A DNA stretch of 42,756 nt from positions 1 through 42,756 of IMG/VR virus record IMGVR_UViG_3300017698_000003; one strand, given 5' to 3'. The position numbers were made by a program, and so were the translations under genes. The stretch's first letter is position 1, and every line of letters starts with the position of its first letter. The stretch comes from a virus. Below are positions 1 through 9,090 of this stretch, one piece after another. Under the pieces are notes generated by a model. It was not told where the DNA came from. It worked only from the letters and a program-made list of their open reading frames with translations, and ran no database searches.

Positions 1-99
1 GAAGGCCGGTTGCCCGGCGGTCGCCGCGTTGTCGCTGTACGGGTTCGGTAGGGTGTTGCCGCTAACTACGTCCATTAAAATAAACGGGTAGAATATTAC
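1..99. repeat. Left copy of exact 99-bp terminal direct repeat
   Basis: gaaggccggttgcccggcgg...gggtagaatattac is identical to 42658..42756. Confidence 0.95.
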
Positions 100-1134
100 G
101 CGCTTACCCCGCGCCTTAAGGTACTGGATAAGTTCGGTAACGCTTTGGTCGCTAGGCGTGCCGCCGAAAATCGGTCGCCCCTGCCCGTCTTTCGATACTT
201 CGGTAGTATTGCTTCGGTTGTAACTGCCCACAGACCAAGCGGGCGTTAGAACCCGGCCCGCGTCTTCGATACGGGGGCGAACTGTGCATACCCCGGCGCG
301 TAGGTCGTCGCCGAACCACGATACGGCGATTAGTACCGCGTCAAGGTTGTTTTGCATACGTAGCAGGTTGGCTAGGGAAACCGTAACGTCGGTTTCGCGG
401 AATGCGTTATGCACGTTATCGGGTTTGTTCGTTGGGTTGGCGTCGGTGCCGCCGGTCTTCGACAACACCTTAGACGGCGAATACACGGTTTCGCCCGACG
501 CGGGTATTAGCGTAAACGCCCGCCCGCTGTTCGATATATCTACCGGGTCGTCGGTTTCGACCGGCACGACGATTTCGGCGGTAATCTGTGGCACGCGATT
601 GCCGAAGTCGGCAAGTTGCATGTCTTCGATAACGATATAGGCCGTACCGCGATACGCGGGTGCGTTGCCTGCGCCCTGTACTTCTTCTATCTTAGGGTCG
701 GCGGTTTGCGTGCTGCTACCGGGGTAGAAACGGAAGTTAAGCAACGACAAGTCGATTTCGTCGCCGTCCGCCCACATACGGGAAATAGACGCCTTGCTAT
801 TGCCCTTGCAAAACGCAATTGCCAGCGAAATAGAATACGTATAGGTCGTGGTAGTCTGCGTGTTACCGCCGCCGCCACCTTTACCGCCCGACTGTACTTT
901 AGTCGTTTCGGTGTTGACCGTTTCCTTAAAGTTGGTGCCCCAAATGATTTGGCCGTTAAGCCGCTGGCGTCCGAATACCTGCGCTTGCCCCGCGCCTTCG
1001 GTAGACGTAGTTAGGCGCGACGAATTAAGCCGCCCGCTTTCGCTTGAAGTGTTCGTGCCTTTGTTGCCGAACAGTAGGTAGGAACCTACCGCCGTAACTG
1101 CGCCAATGGCTACCGCAATTGCAATCTGTGCCAT
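1..1134 (-). CDS. Baseplate/host-specificity protein, RcGTA g15 (megatron)-like, N-terminal 378 codons; the gene continues across the junction at 42657
   Basis: Missing from the ORF track because it runs off the window. Hand translation: ATG at 1134 (TAATG overlap with the stop of 1134..1568), no stop down to base 1, in frame with 39931..42732 through the overlap. MAQIAIAVAIGAV..., YSISLAIAFCKG, RMWADGDEI, PAYRGTAYIVIEDM and FGNRVPQI match GTA g15-type N-termini. Confidence 0.85.
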   Translation of the reverse strand, partial: MAQIAIAVAIGAVTAVGSYLLFGNKGTNTSSESGRLNSSRLTTSTEGAGQAQVFGRQRLNGQIIWGTNFKETVNTETTKVQSGGKGGGGGNTQTTTTYTYSISLAIAFCKGNSKASISRMWADGDEIDLSLLNFRFYPGSSTQTADPKIEEVQGAGNAPAYRGTAYIVIEDMQLADFGNRVPQITAEIVVPVETDDPVDISNSGRAFTLIPASGETVYSPSKVLSKTGGTDANPTNKPDNVHNAFRETDVTVSLANLLRMQNNLDAVLIAVSWFGDDLRAGVCTVRPRIEDAGRVLTPAWSVGSYNRSNTTEVSKDGQGRPIFGGTPSDQSVTELIQYLKARGKRVIFYPFILMDVVSGNTLPNPYSDNAATAGQPAF

Positions 1135-1568
1135 TATTCTTCGACCCCCGGAAACTTGAACACGCCAGCAATGCGCGACGACCATGCGCCTATAGTGGTT
1201 TTAATGACGGCGCGCTTTGATACCGCATGTAGCATATTTTCGGCGTCGCAGGCAATTCCGCAATGCTTGGCCGAAGCTGAAAACTTGACCCGGAACACAA
1301 GCAAGTCGCCAGCCTTCCAACCGTCGTAATCGACCGGCACGAAGTAATCGTGCGCGGCCTTTAGTAGTAGTTCGTCGCGGTCAACTTCGCCCCATGCGGG
1401 CGAATACCGGGGGCGGTAGTCAACGTCGAACCCCAATAGTTCCGCACGCACGCCGCGAATAAACCCGATACAATCCGCCCCGACGCCCTTAAGGGCGGCT
1501 TGGTGGTGGTAGGGCGTGCCTAGCCAACCTTCGGCGGCTTGCACGATATGGTCGCGGCTAAAATACAA
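1134..1568 (-). CDS. NlpC/P60-family cell-wall peptidase (RcGTA g14-like)
   Basis: WLGTPYHHQAALKGVGADCIGFIRGV (catalytic Cys context), 144 aa, located between the hub and g15-like genes. Confidence 0.8.
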   Translation of the reverse strand: MYFSRDHIVQAAEGWLGTPYHHQAALKGVGADCIGFIRGVRAELLGFDVDYRPRYSPAWGEVDRDELLLKAAHDYFVPVDYDGWKAGDLLVFRVKFSASAKHCGIACDAENMLHAVSKRAVIKTTIGAWSSRIAGVFKFPGVEE

Positions 1569-2442
1569 GTGCGCCCCCGTCGTTGTCTTCGTCGCCTTGC
1601 TTGGCGTACTTGGTTACAATGTCTTCGCCCGGCATATGCGGGAACCCTTGGAAGTTAACCAAGTTGTTAAATTTGGTCTTGCACACGTCGGCGGTTTGCT
1701 TGCAACCGGCGGTAACGTTGAACGTGTCGCCTACCTGAATATCGCCTACGGCTGGCGTCCACATATCGAACCCGACCGTAGACCCGTCGTTAGTGTGGGT
1801 ACGCACGTCTATCGTTTGCCCGGCGTTGTTGCCTGTTAGCCAAACAAGCACGCCCCGCGAAAAGTAATCGTCGGCCTGCGCAAGACCGCTTGCCTTGAAC
1901 GCCGACGGCGAAGTTACCGACGTGACGGTGCCCGCGAACGTGACCGAAGCCGCGTTGAACCCGCAACGGCTATCGCCGAAAATAGCGTCACAAGTACGTT
2001 GATATTTACGCCCTACCTTTTGGTTAAGTCGGTGCGTAAGGCTGCGAAGTTCGGCGGTAAATTCGATACCGTTTTGCGTGACTTCGCCAAGGTTGCCGAC
2101 CATTACCGTAAGGCGTTCGGACACGTCCGCCCAATTAACCCAATATAGTTCTATGTCCGCGTCGTCGTACACGCCCGCTATAAGGTCGGTTTCGTCGATA
2201 TGGGCGCTATTGAACGCGCCGACAACTTCCAAGTTATCGACGGACAAGCCTAGCGCCTGTTGTACCTGCGACGCCGTAAACCCGGCTTCGGCTTCGAATG
2301 TCGTACCGTCAAAGGTCAAGTCTTCGTCGTGGTCGGTAAACCCCTGCACTGTTGCGTCTTTGCGCGTGATACGCCAGCAATAGCACATTGTCGTAGCGCC
2401 CGTGTCTAGGTGGTCTTGTAGGGCTGTGGGTATCGTTTTCAT
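1558..2442 (-). CDS. Baseplate hub protein, DUF2163 / phage BR0599 family (RcGTA g13-like)
   Basis: MCYCWRITRKDATVQGFTDHDEDLTFDGTTFEA and CDAIFGDSRCGFN motifs; synteny. Confidence 0.8.
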   Translation of the reverse strand: MKTIPTALQDHLDTGATTMCYCWRITRKDATVQGFTDHDEDLTFDGTTFEAEAGFTASQVQQALGLSVDNLEVVGAFNSAHIDETDLIAGVYDDADIELYWVNWADVSERLTVMVGNLGEVTQNGIEFTAELRSLTHRLNQKVGRKYQRTCDAIFGDSRCGFNAASVTFAGTVTSVTSPSAFKASGLAQADDYFSRGVLVWLTGNNAGQTIDVRTHTNDGSTVGFDMWTPAVGDIQVGDTFNVTAGCKQTADVCKTKFNNLVNFQGFPHMPGEDIVTKYAKQGDEDNDGGALVF

Positions 2443-2446
2443 GCGG

Positions 2447-3076
2447 CTACACCCTGATTTCTATAACGTTGATTGCGGGAATAGAACCGGCTTGGAATGC
2501 GTCGGCTGATAGCTGTATTTCGTCGTCGGCGAACCGCACGGGTACGTCGAATTCATAACCCGCGCTAACGATTACGCCGCCGGTAGGTGCTACCGAAAAC
2601 GTGATAATTCCCGTTGTGCTATCCAGCGTCCAACCGGACGCCTGCGACACGCTATCTAGCGCGACGACGACCGTACCGATTACAGGCTTCTTAATCGGGC
2701 GCACGTATTCTTCGCCGCCGTTGCTGTACCGCTTGACAAGCTGAAACGTCGTAGTAGTGCCGTCGCCCGTAGCTAACACTTGGTCAGTGTCTACGGGTTC
2801 CGCGCGGCCTACGCTTGACTTGTAGTCTAGCCAATCCTTCCACCGAAAACCATACAGGCGACCGCGCCGGGCTTCCCAAAAGTCAAGCACGCTATGCAAA
2901 TGCGACACGCCCCGGATACCTACCGCCGCGTCGTAGCTGCGCCGGGAATGTTGCCAAGCTTGGTTACGTTCTTCGAAGCCCGACTTAAGCGTGACTATCT
3001 GCGTAAGCCGCTTCGGCCCGCCCTTAGACCCGTACGATATTTCGGGCGGAAACTGTGTTTCGTGAAATGCGACCAT
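2447..3076 (-). CDS. Distal tail protein, DUF2460 family (RcGTA g12-like)
   Basis: FHETQFPPEISYGSKGGPKRLTQIVTLKSGFEERNQAWQHSRRSYDA closely resembles the GTA g12 N-terminus. It lies directly after the tape measure gene. Confidence 0.8.
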   Translation of the reverse strand: MVAFHETQFPPEISYGSKGGPKRLTQIVTLKSGFEERNQAWQHSRRSYDAAVGIRGVSHLHSVLDFWEARRGRLYGFRWKDWLDYKSSVGRAEPVDTDQVLATGDGTTTTFQLVKRYSNGGEEYVRPIKKPVIGTVVVALDSVSQASGWTLDSTTGIITFSVAPTGGVIVSAGYEFDVPVRFADDEIQLSADAFQAGSIPAINVIEIRV

Positions 3077-3077
3077 G

Positions 3078-5408
3078 CTACAGGTTCCTTTGTCCGCGAC
3101 TTACCCGACGGGCCGTTGCGGCGTCTTGCTGCGTAGGCGTGTATTCTACCCGCGTATCGGGGTCGCGCGTATAAATACGAATGTTCGGGCTATTGGTTAC
3201 GTTAACTTGCGGGGTATTGCCCACACGCGGCACCGCTTCGGAACGGAAGGCCGGTTGCACTTGTCCGCCGTCCGCGTAGGCCGGGGTATAGCGCACTTGG
3301 TCGCGCCCGCTGTTCAATGCTTCAAGCAATGGCAGGTTGCGCCGGGTAGCCGCTGCGTTCACGACGTATTCGCCGTTCGACACGCGGGCAAGTATCTTGT
3401 CGTCGCGGGGTCCGCCGGGGCCGGTAACTTTGCCGCCGTCCGCGAACTGCACGGCCTGAATATTCGACACGATACTTGCCGCCGCCGCTGCGACCGACGC
3501 AGCCGCCGCAAGGTTGGCCGGGAACGGCAACGACATGGCGTTAGCGATACCCTGTTGTATCTTGATAATGCTATCAGCGATTGCGAACGCTTTAGACGTG
3601 ATAAACAGCGCCTTATAAATTCCGCTTTGTTCGCCCGCAAAGCCCTTAGCCGCTTGCGCAAGGCTGGCGAACGTGTCTTGTGCGTTCGTCAATATCATGC
3701 TGTTGCGGTCAACTTCAAGCTGTTGAATATCCGCCGCCGCTTGGCGGTTGATTTCTACGATACGGTCGGCGGCGTCCTGTTCGCTGATTATGCGCGCTTC
3801 AAGTGCTTGCTGCACAATGTTAAGCCGTTCTTGTTCGGCTATCTGCACTTCTTCTAGCGCGGCGGCGTCTGCGAACGGCGTACCCGTAAGCGACGCGTCA
3901 AGGTCGCGCAATGAACTTACAAGCGACAACGACGAAAGGGCTTGGTTATACTGCCCTATGCTAATAGCGCCTTCGGCCAATAGTTCGTTAAGGGCCGAAA
4001 TATCCGTACGGTATTCAGTCAACGGCTTAAGTATTTCATTAAGCAATTCTTGTTTGCGCGATAGTTCGGCGTTACCGCCCCGCGTCTTATTAGCTTCTTC
4101 TTCTTCGGCGGCGATACGTTCGCGCGCAAGCCTAATAGACCGTTCGCGGATTGCGGTAAACGCGTCGCCTGCGTAGTCGCGGCTAAACGCGTTGTTAGCT
4201 GCGTCTGCGATTGCCGACCCTAGGGCTTCGCCTGCGCCTGCGTATACGTTTTCAAGGCGACCGATAGACGCGCTACCGATTTCGGTAATCTGCACGCCGA
4301 CAAGTTCGCCAATCTTGTTCGCTTCACGAATTAGGCTATTGATTAGTTCGATAGCCTTGTTAACCATGTCTTCGATAAACCCGATAGTAAGGTTTACCGC
4401 GCTGATTACGACGCTACCGATTGCCGCCGGGATACCGTTCCAAGCGATTACGATTGCGTCTTTAGCGAATACGAACGAACCTACGATACCGTTAACAAGC
4501 GTCTTAGTCGCCTGTATAATAAAGTTCCATGTAGCAGTAACGTACGGCGCGATAAACGCAATAGCCGGTTGAATGAATTCGTACACGGCTTCGCCGATAA
4601 GTTGGAACGTAGCGCGGAACACGTCGCCCATACCTACGGCTACGTCGGTAGTCTTACCGATTTCGTACGTAAGGCCAGCAAAGACCGCGCCTACGGCGGC
4701 GGCTACGACAAGCACCGGGGCGAACATGCGGGCGATACTGAATATAGCTTGACCTAGGCCGCGCATAATGCCCGTTACGCCTGTACCGGGTCCGAATACG
4801 GTAGAGATTTGCGACCCCTGTTGCAGCAAGACCGTTAGCGGGGCTTGCCCCGACGCCAGCCCTACCACCACGTCGTTGACCTGATAGACAAGGTTCTGCG
4901 TTTGGTGCCCCGTAAGGCGGGCAGACGCAGCGTTAGCCCGGTAGGCGGCGGTACTGGCCTTAGTCGCCCCTGTGGCGGCTGTTGTAGCCGCCTGTTCGCG
5001 CGCCTTGGCGGCTGCTAGGCGCAGGCTAGCACTTTCGGCCCGTGCAGCCGCCGCCGCCGCTTGTGACGTGGCAACAGCCGCCCGTTGCGTCGCCGCTTCG
5101 GTGCGCGCCGCTTCGGTCGCTAGGCGCTGTTCTTCGATTGCCGCGCGGGCCGTCGCAACGGTCATTTTCGCGCGCGCGTTTTCAAGCCGTGCAGTCGCCG
5201 AAACTTCCCGCGCCTGCGCATTGGTCAACTTAGCCGACGCAGACGCCAGCCGGTCAACCGCCGTAGCGTCAAGGGTAGTCAAGCTAGCCCGTAGCCGGTC
5301 TAGGGCGCTATCGGCCTTCAAGGCTTCCGACGCGATTTCGCGTAGCTTCTTCGCGGGTTGCGGCGAAACCTTGTCGGTAATCTCAATATCTATGCGTTCG
5401 TCTGTCAT
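3078..5408 (-). CDS. Tail tape measure protein
   Basis: 776 aa with an Ala-rich coiled-coil N-terminus, a central hydrophobic/TM block (VLVVAAAVGAVFAGL...) and a long helical C-terminal half. It sits between the chaperones and the distal tail protein. Confidence 0.85.
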   Translation of the reverse strand: MTDERIDIEITDKVSPQPAKKLREIASEALKADSALDRLRASLTTLDATAVDRLASASAKLTNAQAREVSATARLENARAKMTVATARAAIEEQRLATEAARTEAATQRAAVATSQAAAAAARAESASLRLAAAKAREQAATTAATGATKASTAAYRANAASARLTGHQTQNLVYQVNDVVVGLASGQAPLTVLLQQGSQISTVFGPGTGVTGIMRGLGQAIFSIARMFAPVLVVAAAVGAVFAGLTYEIGKTTDVAVGMGDVFRATFQLIGEAVYEFIQPAIAFIAPYVTATWNFIIQATKTLVNGIVGSFVFAKDAIVIAWNGIPAAIGSVVISAVNLTIGFIEDMVNKAIELINSLIREANKIGELVGVQITEIGSASIGRLENVYAGAGEALGSAIADAANNAFSRDYAGDAFTAIRERSIRLARERIAAEEEEANKTRGGNAELSRKQELLNEILKPLTEYRTDISALNELLAEGAISIGQYNQALSSLSLVSSLRDLDASLTGTPFADAAALEEVQIAEQERLNIVQQALEARIISEQDAADRIVEINRQAAADIQQLEVDRNSMILTNAQDTFASLAQAAKGFAGEQSGIYKALFITSKAFAIADSIIKIQQGIANAMSLPFPANLAAAASVAAAAASIVSNIQAVQFADGGKVTGPGGPRDDKILARVSNGEYVVNAAATRRNLPLLEALNSGRDQVRYTPAYADGGQVQPAFRSEAVPRVGNTPQVNVTNSPNIRIYTRDPDTRVEYTPTQQDAATARRVSRGQRNL

Positions 5409-5411
5409 GTC

Positions 5412-5846
5412 TTAGCCCCGTCCGCGCCGCTTGTTTCGTAAGTATTCCCGACCGCGTAGTACCGCCGTTTCTACGAACGCGCCGGGGTGTTGCTTTGACC
5501 AACCGGCGTTTAGTCTACGAATATAGGGCAAAAGGTTCGATATGTATATAGGTTCGCCGGGCACCTTAAGCGCCAGCATTTCCCGCGCGGCTGCGATTGT
5601 CGCTTGCGCCGACGACCGATACGTAGACCCGTGGTCGCCGGGGTAGAACGCGGCCCTATCTGTGGGCACTGGCGAACCTAGCCCGACTTGCCAGTTAGAT
5701 AGGGCGGTAGAAACGTCTACAGGGGTATCATAGGCAAGCGAACCTACGATAGTTAGCGCAACACCTACGGCGGCTTCGCTGGCGTCTTCGTCTAGCCGGT
5801 CGGCGCGTTCATTCATGCGCGCGGCAAGCCCCTTTAACGTTCCCAT
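5412..5846 (-). CDS. HK97 gp10-like tail/neck component
   Basis: YDTPVDVSTALSNWQVG ... ISNLLPYIRRLNAGWSKQHPGAF resembles the gp10-family pattern (PVDTG..NW ... N..PYA..LE.G.S). TAATG coupling to the upstream ORF. Confidence 0.45.
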   Translation of the reverse strand: MGTLKGLAARMNERADRLDEDASEAAVGVALTIVGSLAYDTPVDVSTALSNWQVGLGSPVPTDRAAFYPGDHGSTYRSSAQATIAAAREMLALKVPGEPIYISNLLPYIRRLNAGWSKQHPGAFVETAVLRGREYLRNKRRGRG

Positions 5847-6175
5847 TAGTGCCCCCTTTTCCTACGTGCGGCAAGCCGTTGTAAATATGCGTTGTCAGCT
5901 TCGCGGATAAAGTAAAGCAAGTCGCTAACTTCGGCCTTTCCTAGCCCGTGAAACTGCCCGTATTCTACTATCTTTGACCATGGTATCGGTTGCAGGTCGG
6001 CTAGGCTGCGTTCGGTATCTAGGTCGTAGAATGCTTCAAGAAAAAGCGTCAACCCCGGCGCTAGTTTCGGCTTATTCGTGATACGGTCGGGGGTTTTGCC
6101 CCCGAACCGCTTTATTTGCTTAAGTATGGCACTTTCGACGACGGGTTGTACGTCGGCGTCGTGCAAAAGCACCAT
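5846..6175 (-). CDS. Tail assembly chaperone, -1 frame extension (gpT-like part of a G-T fusion)
   Basis: This ORF lies in the -1 frame relative to 6175..6621. It is entered directly from the A_AAA_AAC slip site (..AAA AAC|TC TTA ATG GTG.. gives L L M V L L H D). Confidence 0.6.
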   Translation of the reverse strand: MVLLHDADVQPVVESAILKQIKRFGGKTPDRITNKPKLAPGLTLFLEAFYDLDTERSLADLQPIPWSKIVEYGQFHGLGKAEVSDLLYFIREADNAYLQRLAARRKRGH

Positions 6176-6621
6176 TAAGAGTTTTTTGCTTCGGCCTTAA
6201 GTTGTTTGGCCTTGTACGCCGAAGCCTGCCCACACTTACGGGCAAGGTCTTTGTACAGGTCGGACCAATCCGGGTCGCCGAAAACTGCCTTTGCGGCTTC
6301 GGCGGTAAAGTCGATTGCCTTGCCGTCGTCTTCGGGCTGGAAGTTACGCCAGTCGATAAGCAACGCGTTAACGAACACGTCAAGTTCGACGGCTTCGGCT
6401 TCGGTTTCCGACAACGACGAAAAGTCGGCTACGCCTTCTTCGGTCGTGTGTTCCTTGGTGAATTCGCGCATTGCCTTCGAATAGGCTTTGTTTTGCCCGG
6501 TCTTGCGTGCCAGCTTGAAGCCCGGCACGGTGCCGTCTTCGTTGGGGGCGTCTTCGAAGTCGAACCAAACGCCTTCGTTCGCGGCGTTCGTGTCGGTCTT
6601 GAACTTCTTCTTAAGTGACAT
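6175..6621 (-). CDS. Tail assembly chaperone (gpG-like)
   Basis: 148 aa, acidic, located between the major tail and tape measure genes. A slippery heptamer sits 6 nt before its stop. Confidence 0.65.
   Translation of the reverse strand: MSLKKKFKTDTNAANEGVWFDFEDAPNEDGTVPGFKLARKTGQNKAYSKAMREFTKEHTTEEGVADFSSLSETEAEAVELDVFVNALLIDWRNFQPEDDGKAIDFTAEAAKAVFGDPDWSDLYKDLARKCGQASAYKAKQLKAEAKNS
6181..6187 (-). promoter_or_regulatory. Candidate -1 programmed ribosomal frameshift heptamer A_AAA_AAC
   Basis: Minus strand reads gcA AAA AAC tct TAA in the zero frame of 6175..6621 (X_XXY_YYZ). The -1 frame is open into 5846..6175. Confidence 0.6.
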
Positions 6622-6646
6622 GGTACTTACCTTTCGTTGGTTAGAA

Positions 6647-6680
6647 TACGGGCCGGAAACGCCGAAGCGCCCGGCCCGTA
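6647..6680 (-). terminator. Stem-loop after the major tail gene (weak terminator/attenuator candidate)
   Basis: TACGGGCCGG (6647-6656) pairs with CCGGCCCGTA (6671-6680), 14-nt loop. Only a weak T-run follows on the minus strand (TTCTAA). Confidence 0.35.
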
Positions 6681-6690
6681 CACCATAGCG

Positions 6691-8226
6691 TTACGCGACG
6701 GGCATTGCAACCGTTGGAAGGTAGGCGAATGCCGTATACGACATGGTATAACCTTCTTCGTTTTCCGCGCCGAAGTTTTCAATCGGTACGGTAATCGGGT
6801 TATCCTTTTCGACGTTAAGCCGACCCCCGCCGACGCCAAGCAAGGGCAGGTCGTAGACAAGACCCTTATTCGCCTGCGCCAAAATGGCGTTAAACGATAC
6901 GTCGCTGTTGTTGCGGATAGCCTGCACACTTTCGACGGTCGTAAAGTACGCAGTAACCGCGCCGCCTGCGACGAAGTTACCTACGTTAATGTCGATACCG
7001 CCAAGCGCCCCAACGGCCTTGGTAGCCGTCGCGTTGTTGTTGATAGTAAACGTTGCGTCGGATACGTAGGCGAACAGCGACGTAGGCGAAAGCGTCGTAG
7101 CGTCAAGCAAGGTCATTGCCAGACGGAACACCGACGAAGACGTGTTGTAGGGCTTTTGCTGCGCTAGTTCGACATGCGTACCAGACTTAACGCCGGTAGC
7201 GCCTGTGCGTTGTTCGTTGTCAAGCGCGACGTAACCAAAGTCGGCGGTATGCTTGTCGGTAAGCGGAATGTTCAACGTAAGTTCGTTGGCGACCGCCCCG
7301 GCCAAGTATTCGGATTGTACGCCGTCGTCGTCTTCGCCTAGCGTGCGTTCAACGTTGTAGGTACGCGTCACGATAAGCGAAGGCGTCTTTTCGTTGCGAA
7401 CGTAGGTGCCCGCAAATACGCGAATGGTCTTGCCCGCCCCGGCGTCGGTTGCAAGCGTCCCAATCCATGCCACTTCGTCAAGCGTTACGGTGCTGTTCGA
7501 CTTCGACTTGACGCGCCCGTACCCGTACCCGGCTGCGTACTGCGTGCCTACGGCGTCGCCGCCGATAAACACCCATTCGCCGATTTGCAGGTCAAGGTTA
7601 AGCCAATCGCTTGCCGTGCTTTCCAGCGTCACAAGGCCGCTAGCTACGGTCATGGCAAGGTCGCCCGACCCGAATTCGAAGCCGACTTGCTGCACGCGTG
7701 CGTCGCTTGGCGGCGACGCTTCTACGGTAGTAGCGTGGTCGGTCGTTACGGTTGTGCCGGTAGACGCGGATACAAGGCCGATACCGTTGTTAACCGCGTT
7801 GGTGAACCCCGACGTAAACACAAGCGCCCCGGCGACGAAGACCGTAAGGCCGGAAGCCGCGCCGAAAACGCCGGAACCGGCAACCGACGTAATCGGTATG
7901 GCCGTACCGTTCAACGGTGCCGTATCGACCTTTTCGTGCGCGTCTGCGAAGAAAAAGCCTTGCATATCGCGCGTAAGGTCGTTGTTCATGTCGATATTGT
8001 AGCCGCCCGACGCGTCAAGGTCGGTAACTGTGCCGCGTTGGTTCTGGCGTGACGCGTTGATAGGGTCCGACGCTACGGTAGCGATTTCGCCGCCGAAGTC
8101 GGAATACGAATTTACCGCGCGGTCGTACCAAATTGGCGAACCGGGCAATACCTTCGGGGTTGAACTTTCTTCGGCAACAGACACGCCCGTAACGTTGCTG
8201 TTGACTGTTTTCTTACTGCTAGCCAT
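6691..8226 (-). CDS. Major tail (tube) protein, large form
   Basis: 511 aa, placed between the terminator-like protein and the chaperones. Strong AGGAG SD, and a hairpin follows the gene. Call rests on position. Confidence 0.55.
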   Translation of the reverse strand: MASSKKTVNSNVTGVSVAEESSTPKVLPGSPIWYDRAVNSYSDFGGEIATVASDPINASRQNQRGTVTDLDASGGYNIDMNNDLTRDMQGFFFADAHEKVDTAPLNGTAIPITSVAGSGVFGAASGLTVFVAGALVFTSGFTNAVNNGIGLVSASTGTTVTTDHATTVEASPPSDARVQQVGFEFGSGDLAMTVASGLVTLESTASDWLNLDLQIGEWVFIGGDAVGTQYAAGYGYGRVKSKSNSTVTLDEVAWIGTLATDAGAGKTIRVFAGTYVRNEKTPSLIVTRTYNVERTLGEDDDGVQSEYLAGAVANELTLNIPLTDKHTADFGYVALDNEQRTGATGVKSGTHVELAQQKPYNTSSSVFRLAMTLLDATTLSPTSLFAYVSDATFTINNNATATKAVGALGGIDINVGNFVAGGAVTAYFTTVESVQAIRNNSDVSFNAILAQANKGLVYDLPLLGVGGGRLNVEKDNPITVPIENFGAENEEGYTMSYTAFAYLPTVAMPVA

Positions 8227-8242
8227 TGTCTTTACTCCTAGG

Positions 8243-8692
8243 TTAGACGGTTTCCATAAACGTATACGTTACGGTTACGTTGATTTGATACCAACGATTG
8301 CCCGGCGCTTGTTCGCGTATTGTCGCGTCCCTGTACCAAACTTCGTCGCCGGAACTAATACTACGGTAGGCGTTGCGCACAAGCTGCGCCAACCTACGGC
8401 CCGTAACCATTGCCGTATTGTCCGCCTTCGGGAAAAACAATTGCACGGTAAGCGTTCCTACGCTTTCGTATTCGTGCTTGCCAATTTGCGGCGTTCCTAG
8501 CGTTGCCTGCCCTTCGACTGCGTTACGAACAGAAAGCCGCGCCCATGCCCGCCCCTGTGGTTCGTGCCCGTTGCTGCGCACGCCTTCGTACTGCACGTCG
8601 GGCACGTACCCGACAATAGCCGTTGCGCCCGCGTCCCATGCCGTTTTGAACGCGTCGTACATTAGGTCTATTGCTTCTTCGTACGTCGCCAT
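8243..8692 (-). CDS. Tail terminator / tail completion-like protein
   Basis: 149 aa directly upstream of the tail tube gene. The pattern WARLSVRN...GQATLG...GTLTVQLFFPK recalls DUF4128-type proteins. Call rests on position. Confidence 0.4.
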   Translation of the reverse strand: MATYEEAIDLMYDAFKTAWDAGATAIVGYVPDVQYEGVRSNGHEPQGRAWARLSVRNAVEGQATLGTPQIGKHEYESVGTLTVQLFFPKADNTAMVTGRRLAQLVRNAYRSISSGDEVWYRDATIREQAPGNRWYQINVTVTYTFMETV

Positions 8693-9087
8693 TATCCTTC
8701 GACCCCAAACCGCAAAGTATACAATATAGCTTCGCCGTTAGGCGCTAGCTTTTCGACGACCATAACCGTACGCAATAGCGTCGTGCCCGTTTCGTCGTAG
8801 ATTTCCGCGCGGGTTGTGGGCACGAAGTCAACCGCCCCCATAAGCCCGTAGTCTTCGCCTACCTGTGCGTCGGTGCCGGTAAGCGCCCGTAAAAATGCGC
8901 CCGTGCTGCGCCCTTCGGGTAAAAACAAAATCGACACGGGGTTGTCGGTCGGGTCTACTGCGCCCGGCTTCCATGGCTTCGCCGCGTCCGTCGGGGCGTC
9001 GTTGTCGATTGCGCGCCAAATGCACGCCCGACCCTTCGCCGCGATTGCGCGTTGTGCGTTAGCTATTTGCCGGTCGTACACGCCCAT
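8692..9087 (-). CDS. Neck / head-closure protein (hypothetical)
   Basis: 131 aa between the adaptor and the tail terminator; TAATG coupling to the next gene. Call rests on position only. Confidence 0.3.
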   Translation of the reverse strand: MGVYDRQIANAQRAIAAKGRACIWRAIDNDAPTDAAKPWKPGAVDPTDNPVSILFLPEGRSTGAFLRALTGTDAQVGEDYGLMGAVDFVPTTRAEIYDETGTTLLRTVMVVEKLAPNGEAILYTLRFGVEG

Positions 9088-9090
9088 AAT

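Noticed and set aside
1-99. The 99-bp terminal repeat as a genuine short DTR or cos end
   Set aside because: It falls in the middle of a conserved coding frame, and its length equals a common assembler k-mer. A circular-closure artefact is more parsimonious. This cannot be settled without reads.
284-1081. Plus-strand ORFs 284..640, 616..1014 and 848..1081 at the window start
   Set aside because: They are antisense to the open minus-strand frame 1..1134, which has clear GTA g15-like motifs. They lack SD sequences and have odd composition.
6120-6383. ORF 6120..6383(-) as the frameshift partner of the tail chaperone
   Set aside because: It lies in the wrong frame relative to the A_AAA_AAC slip site. 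The -1 frame leads instead into 5846..6175.
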